A stretch of 64,000 nt of DNA from Candidatus Parcubacteria bacterium. GTDB taxonomy: Bacteria > Patescibacteriota > Minisyncoccia > Phycocordibacterales > UBA5272. The translations under genes and the position numbers were made by a program. The notes beneath the pieces were generated by a model. It was not told where the DNA came from, did not search any database, and saw nothing but the letters and a program-made list of their open reading frames with translations. The DNA lies in NCBI GenBank assembly GCA_039796775.1, contig JBDKJD010000002.1, forward strand, positions 76,574-140,573, given 5' to 3'. This document shows, one piece after another, positions 20,968-30,542 of this stretch (positions are counted from its first letter, which is position 1; each line of letters starts with the position of its first letter).

Positions 20968-22161
20968 ATGGCAGACGCATTTGATCGATCAAAACCACAC
21001 GTAAACGTAGGAACTATTGGCCACGTAGACCACGGTAAGACAACCCTTACAGCAGGTATTTTAAACGTACTTCACCTTAAGGATGCTTCAATTAAGACAA
21101 AAGGTGTAGATGATATTGATAAGGCTCCTGAAGAAAAAGCTCGTGGAATTACTATTTCACTTTCTCACTCAGAATATTGGACAGACGCTCGTCACTACGC
21201 GCACATCGACGCTCCTGGTCACGCTGACTATATTAAGAACATGATCACAGGTGCGGCTCAAATGGACGGAGCTATCCTCGTAGTAGCTGCAACTGACGGT
21301 CCTATGCCTCAAACACGTGAACACGTACTCCTAGCCAAGCAGGTAGGCGTGCCACGATTCGTTGTATTCCTTAACAAGTGTGACATGGTTGATGACAAAG
21401 ACATGATCGACCTCGTTGAAGAAGAAATCCGTGAACTCCTCACAAAGAACGGCTTCGACGGAGCTAATACTCCAGTTATCCGTGGTTCAGGACTCAAAGC
21501 CTCAGAAGCTACTTCACTTGATGATGAATGGGCTCAAAAGATCGTAGAGCTTATGAATGCTCTCGACACTTGGATTCCTCTCCCAGAACGTGATATTTCA
21601 AAGCCTTTCCTTATGCCAGTCGAAGATATCTTCACTATCGAAGGACGTGGTACTGTAGTAACAGGACGTATTGAACGTGGTGTTATCAAGATCAACGAAG
21701 AAATCGAAATCGTAGGTCTCAAGGATACTGTTAAGACAACAGTTACTGGTATCGAAATGTTCAACAAGTCACTCAATGAAGGACAGGCTGGAGACAATGC
21801 TGGTATCCTCGTTCGTGGTATCAAGAAAGATGACATCATGCGTGGTCAAGTACTTGCGAAGACTGGTTCTATCACTCCTCACACAGAATTCGAATGTGAA
21901 GTGTATATTCTTAAGAAAGAAGAAGGAGGACGTCACACTCCATTCCTTAATGGTTACAAGCCACAGTTCTATGTACGTACAACTGACGTAACAGGAGAAG
22001 TTACTCTCCCGTCTGGAGTTGAAATGGTTATGCCTGGAGACAACACGAAATTCACAGTTAAGCTTCTCGCCCCAATCGCTCTTGAAGAACAAGGACGTTT
22101 CGCTATCCGCGAAGGAGGCAAGACAGTAGGAGCTGGTGTCGTTACTAAGATACTCGCTTAA
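20968..22161 (+). CDS. tuf: elongation factor Tu
   Basis: [14 protein letters not shown] and full-length EF-Tu similarity. Confidence 0.97.
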   Translation: MADAFDRSKPHVNVGTIGHVDHGKTTLTAGILNVLHLKDASIKTKGVDDIDKAPEEKARGITISLSHSEYWTDARHYAHIDAPGHADYIKNMITGAAQMDGAILVVAATDGPMPQTREHVLLAKQVGVPRFVVFLNKCDMVDDKDMIDLVEEEIRELLTKNGFDGANTPVIRGSGLKASEATSLDDEWAQKIVELMNALDTWIPLPERDISKPFLMPVEDIFTIEGRGTVVTGRIERGVIKINEEIEIVGLKDTVKTTVTGIEMFNKSLNEGQAGDNAGILVRGIKKDDIMRGQVLAKTGSITPHTEFECEVYILKKEEGGRHTPFLNGYKPQFYVRTTDVTGEVTLPSGVEMVMPGDNTKFTVKLLAPIALEEQGRFAIREGGKTVGAGVVTKILA

Positions 22162-22239
22162 TTAACTCTTACAAGAGGGTATATCTAACTAGTTCATTCT
22201 AGATAGTAAACCCTATACCCTTAAGTACTATTACTCAAC

Positions 22240-22587
22240 ATGGCAACTAGAGCAACAACAAAAACTGTAAAGAAAGAAGAATCTCAAAAGCTTCGTATTC
22301 GTGTACGAGCGTATGAAAGCAAGGTTCTTGATGCTTCAGTAAAACAAATCATCGATACCGCTGAACGTTTTGAAGCGACAATACTTGGGCCAATTCCTCT
22401 TCCTACAGAAATCAAGCGCTACACAGTAAACAGAGCTTCATTCGTGTACAAAGATGCCCGAGAACAGTTCGAAATGCGCGTACATAAGCGTCTAGTTGAT
22501 ATCATCAACCCTCAACCGAAACTTATCGAAGCTCTCACGAACCTCTCTCTCCCTTCTGGAGTTGACATCGATGTTAAGATGGCATAA
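22240..22587 (+). CDS. rpsJ: 30S ribosomal protein S10
   Basis: Operon position and S10-like translation. Confidence 0.95.
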   Translation: MATRATTKTVKKEESQKLRIRVRAYESKVLDASVKQIIDTAERFEATILGPIPLPTEIKRYTVNRASFVYKDAREQFEMRVHKRLVDIINPQPKLIEALTNLSLPSGVDIDVKMA

Positions 22588-22610
22588 CAGAAAACCCTAA
22601 GACTACCACT

Positions 22611-23213
22611 ATGAAATTCACATTAGCAACAAAACAGCATATGACACAATTCTTCTCTGAAGATGGTCAAGTTCATACTGCTACAATTCTAAAAGCTTCT
22701 CCGATTACGGTAACAGCTTTAAAAACTATCGAAAAGGATGGTTATGAGGCGATACAAGTAGGACAAGGAGATCAAAAAGCTTCTCGAATGTCAAAAGCTT
22801 TAAAAGGTCATCTAAAGGATACTACTCCTATGATACTCAGAGAGTTCCGTACCGCACCAGGTGATTTGGCTATTGGAGCAACTATCGCTTGCGATCTTTT
22901 CCAAAAGGGAGAGACTGTAGTAGTTTCTAGTATCTCAAAAGGAAAAGGGTTCCAAGGTGTGATGAAGCGACATGGTTTCACAGGTGGATGGGGTCAGCAC
23001 GGACAGAAGCACTCGATGAGAGAAGCTGGATCTATTGGAGCTACTGGACCACAGAGAGTTCTTAAGGGTAAGCGTATGGCAGGACGTATGGGTAGTGATC
23101 GTATCACTAAAAAGGGAGTTACCATCTTAGACGTCGATGCTACTAATGGACTTATCTTAGTGAAAGGTGCAGTAGCTGGTAAGCGCGGAACGCTTGTTGA
23201 AATAAAAGGTTAA
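22611..23213 (+). CDS. rplC: 50S ribosomal protein L3
   Basis: Operon position and translation. Confidence 0.95.
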   Translation: MKFTLATKQHMTQFFSEDGQVHTATILKASPITVTALKTIEKDGYEAIQVGQGDQKASRMSKALKGHLKDTTPMILREFRTAPGDLAIGATIACDLFQKGETVVVSSISKGKGFQGVMKRHGFTGGWGQHGQKHSMREAGSIGATGPQRVLKGKRMAGRMGSDRITKKGVTILDVDATNGLILVKGAVAGKRGTLVEIKG

Positions 23214-23223
23214 TTAAAAGCAT

Positions 23224-23889
23224 ATGAAAGTAAACGTCTATACAACAGAAGGAAAAGTAAAATCATCTCTTGATCTCCCAGAGAATATTTTTGCTGCTAA
23301 ATGGAATGCTGATCTTGTTTCTCAAGTGCTTTATTCTCAAGCGTCTAATCGCCGTGCTGGAACTGCTCACACAAAAGATAGAGGTGAGGTTTCTGGTACT
23401 AACAAGAAACCTTGGAACCAAAAAGGGTCAGGACGTGCTCGTCATGGTTCTACACGATCTCCGCTCTGGCGTCATGGTGGTGTTACTTTCGGCCCAAGAA
23501 ATGATAAGGATTACAAGAAAGTAATTCCTAAGGGAATGAAAGTAGTTGCCCTCTTCTCTCTTTTGTCTGCAAAAGTAAAAGAAGGCAAAGTTATTTTCTT
23601 AGACGACGCATCTGTAGCTACAGGCAAGACAAAAGACGCTGACACAGTACTCAAGAATCTTTCAACAATAGAAGGATTCTCTACTATTCGTCACAAGAAG
23701 TTAAACAACATCTATCTTTCTGTGAAGAAGGGTGATCTCTCAACAAAGAGAGCGTATCGCAATCTTCCATGTATGACCATTCATAATATGGACGATCTTA
23801 ACCCACTTGATCTTGCTAACTCACGTTACCTCATCATTTCTAATCCTGAAGAAACAATTGCTTATCTCTCTTCTAAAGTAACTAAATAA
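23224..23889 (+). CDS. rplD: 50S ribosomal protein L4
   Basis: Operon position and translation. Confidence 0.9.
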   Translation: MKVNVYTTEGKVKSSLDLPENIFAAKWNADLVSQVLYSQASNRRAGTAHTKDRGEVSGTNKKPWNQKGSGRARHGSTRSPLWRHGGVTFGPRNDKDYKKVIPKGMKVVALFSLLSAKVKEGKVIFLDDASVATGKTKDADTVLKNLSTIEGFSTIRHKKLNNIYLSVKKGDLSTKRAYRNLPCMTIHNMDDLNPLDLANSRYLIISNPEETIAYLSSKVTK

Positions 23890-23895
23890 ACTACT

Positions 23896-24210
23896 ATGGC
23901 AACAAAGAAAACAACAACAGAAGAAAAGAAAGTAGTAGCACCATCTCTTATCGTAGCTCCACGAGTTACAGAGAAGGCGTCTCTTCAGTCAAATGCCAAT
24001 GCGTATACATTCGTAGTATCAAAAGAAACTACGAAGCTTACACTAAGAGAAGCTATTAAGAAAGAGTATAAAGTTACTCCACTTAAGATAAATATCATCA
24101 ACCTTCCTTCAAGAAACGTATTTGTTCGTGGAAAGTTCGGTGTACAAGCTGGAATGAAGAAAGCTATAGTCTTTCTAAAAAAAGGTGACTCTATCAACCT
24201 TGCTAATTAA
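23896..24210 (+). CDS. rplW: 50S ribosomal protein L23
   Basis: Operon position and translation. Confidence 0.9.
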   Translation: MATKKTTTEEKKVVAPSLIVAPRVTEKASLQSNANAYTFVVSKETTKLTLREAIKKEYKVTPLKINIINLPSRNVFVRGKFGVQAGMKKAIVFLKKGDSINLAN

Positions 24211-24230
24211 TTATCATTAACTAAAGAATT

Positions 24231-25073
24231 ATGAAAACGTATCGACCAACAACTCCATCACGTCGCAAGATGACCACGGTAACATATCGAGGGGTTTTGA
24301 CAACAAATGAACCACACAAGCCTCTCACAAAAGGTTTCAAAAGAGGTGTTGGACGCAATGCGTTTGGAAGAATCACTTCTCCTTACAAAGGAGCAGGGCA
24401 CAAGCGTTCTTATAGAGAGATTGATTTCAAGTATGACAAAATAGACATCCCTGCAAAGGTTCAAACTATAGAGTATGATCCGAACCGATCTGGATTTATT
24501 GCTCTTGTGGCATACAGAGATGGTGCTAAGCGATATATTCTTGTTCCTAAGACTGTTAAAGTAGGGGATACATTTATTGTGTCAGAAAAAGCAGACCTCA
24601 TCCCAGGTAATCGTCTTCCGCTTAAGTCAATTCCAGTGGGTACGTTTATCTACAACATCGAGATTAAATCAAAAGCAGGAGCTAAGCTTGTTCGTTCAGC
24701 TGGTGTGTATGCTCAAGTGATTGCTCATGATGGTGGGTACACATCAATTAAACTTCCTTCAACTGAAGTGAGAAAAGTAGTTGACTCATGCTTTGCATGT
24801 ATCGGTGAAGTGTCAAACGAAGAGTATAGACTTCGCAATCTAGGAAAGGCTGGAACCGCGCGCCATCTTGGTCGTCGTCCTAAGACTCGTGCCATGGCTA
24901 AGAACCCAGTTGATCACCCATACGGTGGAGGTGAAGGAGCTCAACCACGAGGTACTCGTCGTCCTAAGACTAAGTATGGTAAGACAACGGGAGGTCGCAA
25001 GACTCGTGCTCCTAAGAAATACTCTAACGTTCACATTGTGTCACGTAGAGTAGTAGGCAAGAACAAAAAATAG
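24231..25073 (+). CDS. rplB: 50S ribosomal protein L2
   Basis: Translation. Confidence 0.95.
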   Translation: MKTYRPTTPSRRKMTTVTYRGVLTTNEPHKPLTKGFKRGVGRNAFGRITSPYKGAGHKRSYREIDFKYDKIDIPAKVQTIEYDPNRSGFIALVAYRDGAKRYILVPKTVKVGDTFIVSEKADLIPGNRLPLKSIPVGTFIYNIEIKSKAGAKLVRSAGVYAQVIAHDGGYTSIKLPSTEVRKVVDSCFACIGEVSNEEYRLRNLGKAGTARHLGRRPKTRAMAKNPVDHPYGGGEGAQPRGTRRPKTKYGKTTGGRKTRAPKKYSNVHIVSRRVVGKNKK

Positions 25074-25131
25074 CCAGAAAACGCTTTACTTTTAAGAAAA
25101 ATTTGATATAATATCCATACTTTAAACAACC

Positions 25132-25476
25132 ATGACACGATCAATTAGCAAAGGACCATACGTAGATGAGCGAGTACTCAAGAAAGTTCTCGGTAAGAAA
25201 CCTGAAGAGACAGGTGTTATTAAGACATGGATTCGCAGAAGTGACATCTCTCCAGAAATGGTTGGCTTCACATTCGGGGTGTATAACGGACGAACTCATG
25301 TTGAAGTCCTTGTTACAGAAGATATGGTGGGCCACAAGCTCGGTGAATTCTCTCCTACTCGCAAATTCCTTCGTCATGGTGGAAAGATGCAAAAGGAAAT
25401 TGACCAGAAGAAGAAACAAGCAGAAATCGATGCTGCTAAATCTGCTAAGTCAGCAACAGACACTAAGAAGAAATAA
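25132..25476 (+). CDS. rpsS: 30S ribosomal protein S19 (Lys-rich C-terminal extension)
   Basis: [13 protein letters not shown]...[13 protein letters not shown]. Confidence 0.92.
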   Translation: MTRSISKGPYVDERVLKKVLGKKPEETGVIKTWIRRSDISPEMVGFTFGVYNGRTHVEVLVTEDMVGHKLGEFSPTRKFLRHGGKMQKEIDQKKKQAEIDAAKSAKSATDTKKK

Positions 25477-25487
25477 TATAACATAGT

Positions 25488-25814
25488 ATGAAAGCATCAA
25501 TTAACAATTACAGACAAGCTCCAAGAAAAGTACGCTTAATAGCCGACTTAATTAAAGGTAAATCAGCAGAACAAGCTCAAGGTATTTTGTCACACCTAAT
25601 CAAAAGAGGAGCGCTCCCTATAAAGAAACTTCTAGATTCTGCTGTTGCTAATTCAGGAAAGGATGCTTCTACATTGATTGTTAAGAAAGCTACTGTAGAC
25701 AAGGGGACTGTTATTAAGAGATGGATGCCTCGCGCTATGGGAAGAGCGTTTCCTATTCATAAGCACACATCCCATATTGCTATTGAATTAGCTCCTAAGA
25801 ACTCTAACGAATAA
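25488..25814 (+). CDS. rplV: 50S ribosomal protein L22
   Basis: KVRLIADLIKGK...LLDSAVANS. Confidence 0.9.
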   Translation: MKASINNYRQAPRKVRLIADLIKGKSAEQAQGILSHLIKRGALPIKKLLDSAVANSGKDASTLIVKKATVDKGTVIKRWMPRAMGRAFPIHKHTSHIAIELAPKNSNE

Positions 25815-25818
25815 ATTT

Positions 25819-26520
25819 ATGACACACATAGTACACCCATATTCACACAGACTAGGAATTATTCGTGACTGGAAGTCTCGTTGGTTCGGTAAGAATACAA
25901 AATCGTATGTAGATTATCTTCGTGCTGACACACTCGTACGTGGTTGGCTCTCAAAGAGATTAAGAGGAATGTATGTTTCTCTTGTTGAGATCGAAAGAAG
26001 TGAGAAGCAATATCGTATTATGTTACACACTTCACGACCTGGTATGATTATCGGTCGCGGTGGAGATGGTATGGATAAGCTCAAAGCTGCTCTCAAAAAA
26101 GAAATGCATCGCCTCAAGATTATAACTCCACAGGATGTGAGAGTTGATATTGTAGAAGTTTCTAACCCAGAAGCTGATGCGTCTATCGTAGCTCAAATGG
26201 TAGCAGAAGGAATCGAGAAGCGTCTTCCTTTCCGTAGAGTTCTCAAGTCTACAATCGAAAAGGTTATGGCTAACCGTGAAGTGAAGGGTGCTCGCATTCA
26301 AGTGTCAGGTCGTCTCGGAGGAGCTGAAATGGCTCGTAAGGAACAGATCAAAAAAGGTGGTATTCCACTTCAAACACTTCGTGCTGATATTGATTTCGCT
26401 CGTGAGAAAGCGTATATGACATACGGTGTTATCGGAATCAAAGTGTGGATCTATCGAGGAATGAAGTTCTCAGATACTGCTCCACAAAAAATCTCACCAA
26501 AGTCTCGATCAGAGAAATAA
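25819..26520 (+). CDS. rpsC: 30S ribosomal protein S3
   Basis: Translation. Confidence 0.95.
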   Translation: MTHIVHPYSHRLGIIRDWKSRWFGKNTKSYVDYLRADTLVRGWLSKRLRGMYVSLVEIERSEKQYRIMLHTSRPGMIIGRGGDGMDKLKAALKKEMHRLKIITPQDVRVDIVEVSNPEADASIVAQMVAEGIEKRLPFRRVLKSTIEKVMANREVKGARIQVSGRLGGAEMARKEQIKKGGIPLQTLRADIDFAREKAYMTYGVIGIKVWIYRGMKFSDTAPQKISPKSRSEK

Positions 26521-26544
26521 TTATTACCATTTAATAGAACGCCT

Positions 26545-26964
26545 ATGCTATTCCCAAAAAAAGTAAAACATCGAAAGTGGCAGAATGCCCGCCTCTCAGA
26601 GGATAAGCTTGCACGTCCAGAAACAAAAGGAGTAGACGTTTCTTTTGGAGCGTTTGGTCTTAAGGCAGAGACTCCAGCTCGTGTAGCCGCTAATCAAATC
26701 GAAGCTGCTCGTCGAGCTATGCAACGTCACGCTGGCAAGACCGCCAAGGTGTGGATTCGTATTTTCCCTGATCGTCCAGTGACCAAGAAAGCCGCTGAGG
26801 TTCCTATGGGTAAAGGAAAGGGGGATCCAGATCGATACGTTTTTGAAGTTCGTCCAGGAAGAGTGCTTTTCGAGATTGATGGTGTTGGAGAAGATGTTGC
26901 TCGTGAAGCGCTTCGCAAAGCAGGGTGCAAGCTTCCTGTGAAAACTAAAGTAATCGCTCGCTAA
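26545..26964 (+). CDS. rplP: 50S ribosomal protein L16
   Basis: FGLKAETPARVAANQIEAARRAM...RMGKGKG. Confidence 0.95.
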   Translation: MLFPKKVKHRKWQNARLSEDKLARPETKGVDVSFGAFGLKAETPARVAANQIEAARRAMQRHAGKTAKVWIRIFPDRPVTKKAAEVPMGKGKGDPDRYVFEVRPGRVLFEIDGVGEDVAREALRKAGCKLPVKTKVIAR

Positions 26965-26968
26965 ATAT

Positions 26969-27223
26969 ATGAAAAAAGAAATTATAATTAATCGCAAAAA
27001 AATAACAGGGACAGTAGTCTCAGACAAGATGGATAAAACCGTTGTTGTTAACACTATGAGATACGTTGCTCACAAAAAATACGGCAAGTATTACAAAATA
27101 GACAAGCGTTACAAAGCTCATGACGAAGCTAACGAATACAAGGTTGGAGACAAAGTCATCATCGAAGAGTGTAGACCAATGTCAAAAGACAAAAACTTTA
27201 AAGTTGTTAGCAAGATTTCATAA
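26969..27223 (+). CDS. rpsQ: 30S ribosomal protein S17 (directly after L16; no L29 gene between)
   Basis: Translation; only 4 nt separate it from rplP. Confidence 0.9.
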   Translation: MKKEIIINRKKITGTVVSDKMDKTVVVNTMRYVAHKKYGKYYKIDKRYKAHDEANEYKVGDKVIIEECRPMSKDKNFKVVSKIS

Positions 27224-27263
27224 TTATTCTAACTACTATTATTAATCAATAATTACTACCAAT

Positions 27264-27644
27264 ATGATACAAGCAGGAACAAACGTTATCATCACCGATA
27301 ACTCAGGAGGAAAAAGAGGAAGAGTATTCAAGGTACTCGGTGGATCAAAGCGTAGATACGCTTCTCTTGGTGATATGGTAGTACTTTCGATTAAAGTAGC
27401 TGAACCACGAAAGCAGGTTAAGAAGAAAGATGTAGTATACGGTGTTGTTGTTCGTACAACAAAACAAGTACGTCGAGCGGATGGTTCATACATCTCATTT
27501 GATGACAATGCTGTTGTTATTGTCGACAAGAACAAAAAAGAACCAAAAGCAGGACGTGTCTTCGGGCCGATTCCACGAGAAATATCTCTTACAGGGATAG
27601 ATGGTTACAAGAAGATAGCTTCTCTTGCGCCAGAAATTATTTAA
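27264..27644 (+). CDS. rplN: 50S ribosomal protein L14
   Basis: MIQAGTNVIITDNSGGKR...VLGGS.RRYA. Confidence 0.95.
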   Translation: MIQAGTNVIITDNSGGKRGRVFKVLGGSKRRYASLGDMVVLSIKVAEPRKQVKKKDVVYGVVVRTTKQVRRADGSYISFDDNAVVIVDKNKKEPKAGRVFGPIPREISLTGIDGYKKIASLAPEII

Positions 27645-27670
27645 CAGCCGTTAGCTTTTAGCCTTTAGCT

Positions 27671-27958
27671 ATGAGCACATACAAAACTAATTTTAATATC
27701 ATGCACGTAAAAAAAGGAGACAATGTCATAGTGATAACAGGAAAGTACAAAGGACAAAAAGCCGATGTTGCTAAAATTCTTAAAGATGAGAACCGTGTTA
27801 TCTTAGAAGGGGTAGGGAAGGTGAAGCGCCATATGCGTCCTAAGAAGCAAGGTGAAAAAGGGGGTATTGTAGAAATAGCTACATCAATCCACGCCTCGAA
27901 TGTGAAATTAGCTGAAAAAGCTGCTCCAAAAAAGAAGGTTACCAAGAAAGCCGCTTAG
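27671..27958 (+). CDS. rplX: 50S ribosomal protein L24 (start may be MHVKKGD at 27701)
   Basis: KOW motif KKGDNVIVITGKYKGQKADV. Confidence 0.85.
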   Translation: MSTYKTNFNIMHVKKGDNVIVITGKYKGQKADVAKILKDENRVILEGVGKVKRHMRPKKQGEKGGIVEIATSIHASNVKLAEKAAPKKKVTKKAA

Positions 27959-28065
27959 CTTTTTCAGATAATTTCATCCAGCACTTTCAAGCTCAGTAGT
28001 CTTTCTTGGAAATATGCTTGAAAGTGTCGGAAAGATATATTCAAACTAGTAAGAACTTTGGCGCT

Positions 28066-28125
28066 GAAAAAGCTGCTCCAAAAAAGAAGGTTACCAAGAA
28101 AGCTGCTTCAAAAAAAGCTGAATAA
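28066..28125 (+). repeat. duplicated copy of the rplX 3' end (44/46 nt identical to 27910-27955)
   Basis: gctgaaaaagctgctccaaaaaagaaggttaccaagaaagc[c/t]gct present twice, 112 nt apart. Confidence 0.85.
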
Positions 28126-28187
28126 GAAAAGAAAAACGACACCTCATGGGTGTCGTTTTGAATTGCTACAGTTTCTTGATTCAAAGA

Positions 28188-29282
28188 TTAATTCAAAGGA
28201 AGCGAGAGTTGTATATTGTCATACTCATTATCTCCCGTCACTTCCTCTATCACTGGCAACCAAGGAGGGATTCTCACTTTGGTGTCGATAGAAGTGAGTT
28301 CTATTTCAAGAAGTATCAATGCCCCATTTTTTTGTGCACAAGCATACTCCTTTTCAAAAAAGTCGAGCTCAAAGTATTGATGGTCATAGACGAAACAGAC
28401 TCGTTTTTTGTGCAGAGAGGAAATTGCTTCATTTTTGAGCATTCGATATTCTCTCCCTGTTATATTCTCCTCTCTTTCTATACGAACACCTTTCCTCCCT
28501 GTGCTGTGTTTCCATGTCCGCGTATACACACTCACACCACCCTCTGTCCTACTGCGTACCCTACTTTTGTCGCTCAGATAATGTTGCTCGATCGAAGACA
28601 CAACATAGTTAACAGGAATCTTTTCCAAGCAAAAAGAAGAGTCAACTACGAATTTCTTTTCTATTTCAAGTGGTTCTGGTTCTCCTAGATGATGAAGAAT
28701 CACTCCAACAACGTGCGCCATCTTATGTTCAAAAGAATTTTGATTCTCAATCACATGAAGATGAGGATGCCCATTCCAAGCATTTAATGTCTTTTCACAA
28801 AGCGCTCTTGCTTCTTCTTTGGTCTCCTTTCTGGCGCTATTGTTGATAGTTGTATAGGAATCATCTTCACCAAATGCTGCTGTACGCAAATGAATGATAG
28901 CATCATAACGGCAGTTAATTGCTGTGTCAGAAAGATTGAATTGCTCCAGAAGATCGATCCACTCACTTTCTTTGCAATAGGCTTTATTGTCTTTTAATCC
29001 TCTATCAAAAAGAATGACGACTTTTTGATTCATTACCTTCTCTGCAAAAGTGAGATACGCTTGCTCACGAGCGAGTTGGCCTTCCATGATGCATTCTTGG
29101 AACTCATAGAAGGAGGTGCTTCCATTTGGGGTGATGCCAGATGAGATGAGCTCAGTCGCCATTTCTGGAACGGTGATGACCAAGTAACCAAGGTCATGTA
29201 ACTTTGACCGTATCTTGCTCATGCCTGTTGACTTGCCTGCGCATGGCCCACCAGTGATACAAAAACGATATATTTGCTTCAT
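28188..29282 (-). CDS. P-loop NTPase (AAA_28/nucleoside-kinase-like) fused to a C-terminal CYTH triphosphate-tunnel domain
   Basis: Walker A GGPCAGKST and Walker B VVILFD; C-terminal EIEKKF (ExExK), RVRSR, ELDFFE, LLEIEL CYTH signature; AAGGAA SD before the ATG at 29282. Confidence 0.6.
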   Translation of the reverse strand: MKQIYRFCITGGPCAGKSTGMSKIRSKLHDLGYLVITVPEMATELISSGITPNGSTSFYEFQECIMEGQLAREQAYLTFAEKVMNQKVVILFDRGLKDNKAYCKESEWIDLLEQFNLSDTAINCRYDAIIHLRTAAFGEDDSYTTINNSARKETKEEARALCEKTLNAWNGHPHLHVIENQNSFEHKMAHVVGVILHHLGEPEPLEIEKKFVVDSSFCLEKIPVNYVVSSIEQHYLSDKSRVRSRTEGGVSVYTRTWKHSTGRKGVRIEREENITGREYRMLKNEAISSLHKKRVCFVYDHQYFELDFFEKEYACAQKNGALILLEIELTSIDTKVRIPPWLPVIEEVTGDNEYDNIQLSLPLN

Positions 29283-29348
29283 ACTATTTCCTTTCATGAT
29301 TAAAACAACATCCAAAGTAATTATCTGACATAGTAAGCTATATGTAAT

Positions 29349-29407
29349 AGCTACATATAGCCATATTTGTTATATTTTTTGTTATACTATAGCTATATAT
29401 TGCTATG
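29349..29407. promoter_or_regulatory. two imperfect palindromes (GCTACATATAGC; ATAGCTATATATTGCTAT) in the divergent intergenic region, candidate operator (NrdR-box-like?)
   Basis: Seen in sequence; the second overlaps the nrdR-like ATG. Confidence 0.25.
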
Positions 29408-29866
29408 AAATGTTTTTATTGTAAGAGTAATAAAACACACGTTATTAACTCAAGAAAAATTAATACCACTTCTTCCGTGTGGCGTAGAAGAAAATGTCTT
29501 TCTTGTGAAGAAGTTTTCACAACAGAAGAATCTATCGCCACATCTTCGTTTTTTGTTATTAAAAAGAATCGTACCCGCAAACGTTTTGTATATGAAAAAC
29601 TATTCCTTTCAATTTTTATAGCGACCTCTCAAACTAAAAAAGTCGACATAGGGGACAGCTCTTTGTTAGCAAAAACGATAACTCATGAAGTATTGCATGA
29701 TCTAAGCATGCTTCGTTCAACACTCTTTTCCTCCAAAGAAATTATCTGCATGGTCTATAAAAAGTTACTTAAAAGAAACAAAAGCGCAGCGTTTCTCTAT
29801 GGAGTATATTCTCCATATCGTATAAAAGTTTTGCACAGTAATGGTTTTTTGAAAGATATACAATAA
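29405..29866 (+). CDS. nrdR: NrdR-like transcriptional repressor (zinc ribbon + ATP-cone)
   Basis: MKCFYCKSNKTHVINSR...VWRRRKCLSCEEVFTTEE matches the NrdR N-terminus MxCPxC..T.VIDSR...RRR.C..C...FTT.E. Confidence 0.65.
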   Translation: MKCFYCKSNKTHVINSRKINTTSSVWRRRKCLSCEEVFTTEESIATSSFFVIKKNRTRKRFVYEKLFLSIFIATSQTKKVDIGDSSLLAKTITHEVLHDLSMLRSTLFSSKEIICMVYKKLLKRNKSAAFLYGVYSPYRIKVLHSNGFLKDIQ

Positions 29867-29981
29867 GTAATCATCATCTGCTTTATTCTATCGAGCGTCT
29901 TGTTTTGAGTCATAGCTCAAGATTCTTTTATATGATAGAGTTGAAACAACCTGTTCTTTAATCATTTTTAGGAGATGTGAG

Positions 29982-30380
29982 ATGAAAGCTAGAAATCCAT
30001 TGTTGGATGTGGTTATTACTACCTCCTTCTCAGCCCTTACCTTTTTCTTGTTGTTGAAAATCAAACTCTTCGATGACAGTGTTGGCAATTTTGTTGTATG
30101 GCTGCATATCCTTTATCTGCTTGTGTTCATTATTGTCGTGATTGATAACAAATTTAGGGTTCGAGACATGAACGGAAAACTTTCCACCAAAATAAAAGAG
30201 TTGTTTTTTAGGTCGGAAGATTTTTTTGATGAAAATAATGCTATTTTTTATAGTTTCGCTCGCTTACTGTACACCCCTTTGGTATTTCTTCCATTCGGAA
30301 TAACCTTAATTTTCTTCTGTTCCCTGATTGATGGTCTCTGTCGATACATTAAAACAGGGCAGTGGAAAGAGAGTGTGTGA
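29982..30380 (+). CDS. hypothetical polytopic membrane protein
   Basis: ORF, 3-4 TM. Confidence 0.35.
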   Translation: MKARNPLLDVVITTSFSALTFFLLLKIKLFDDSVGNFVVWLHILYLLVFIIVVIDNKFRVRDMNGKLSTKIKELFFRSEDFFDENNAIFYSFARLLYTPLVFLPFGITLIFFCSLIDGLCRYIKTGQWKESV

Positions 30381-30392
30381 TCTGTCACTTTA

Positions 30393-30428
30393 GAGCCACT
30401 AATGCCGTAGGCATTAGTGGCTCTTTTC
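30393..30428 (+). terminator. terminator, GUAG loop
   Basis: gagccactaatgcc gtag ggcattagtggctc tttt. Confidence 0.6.
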
Positions 30429-30542
30429 ATATCATTCTTTTTATGGTAGAGTAATACAACATTATCAATTAAGAAGTGACGTATAACGTCTGGCTAGATA
30501 CGAAATATCGCCCCAGCTAATCGTGCTTCAAATATATACAAT

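Noticed and set aside
26596-27054. 152-aa minus-strand ORF
   Set aside because: Antisense overlap of rplP and rpsQ, whose ribosomal-protein translations are unambiguous.
28146-28688. 180-aa plus-strand ORF
   Set aside because: Lies entirely antisense to the P-loop-CYTH gene, which has clear domain signatures; low-complexity translation.
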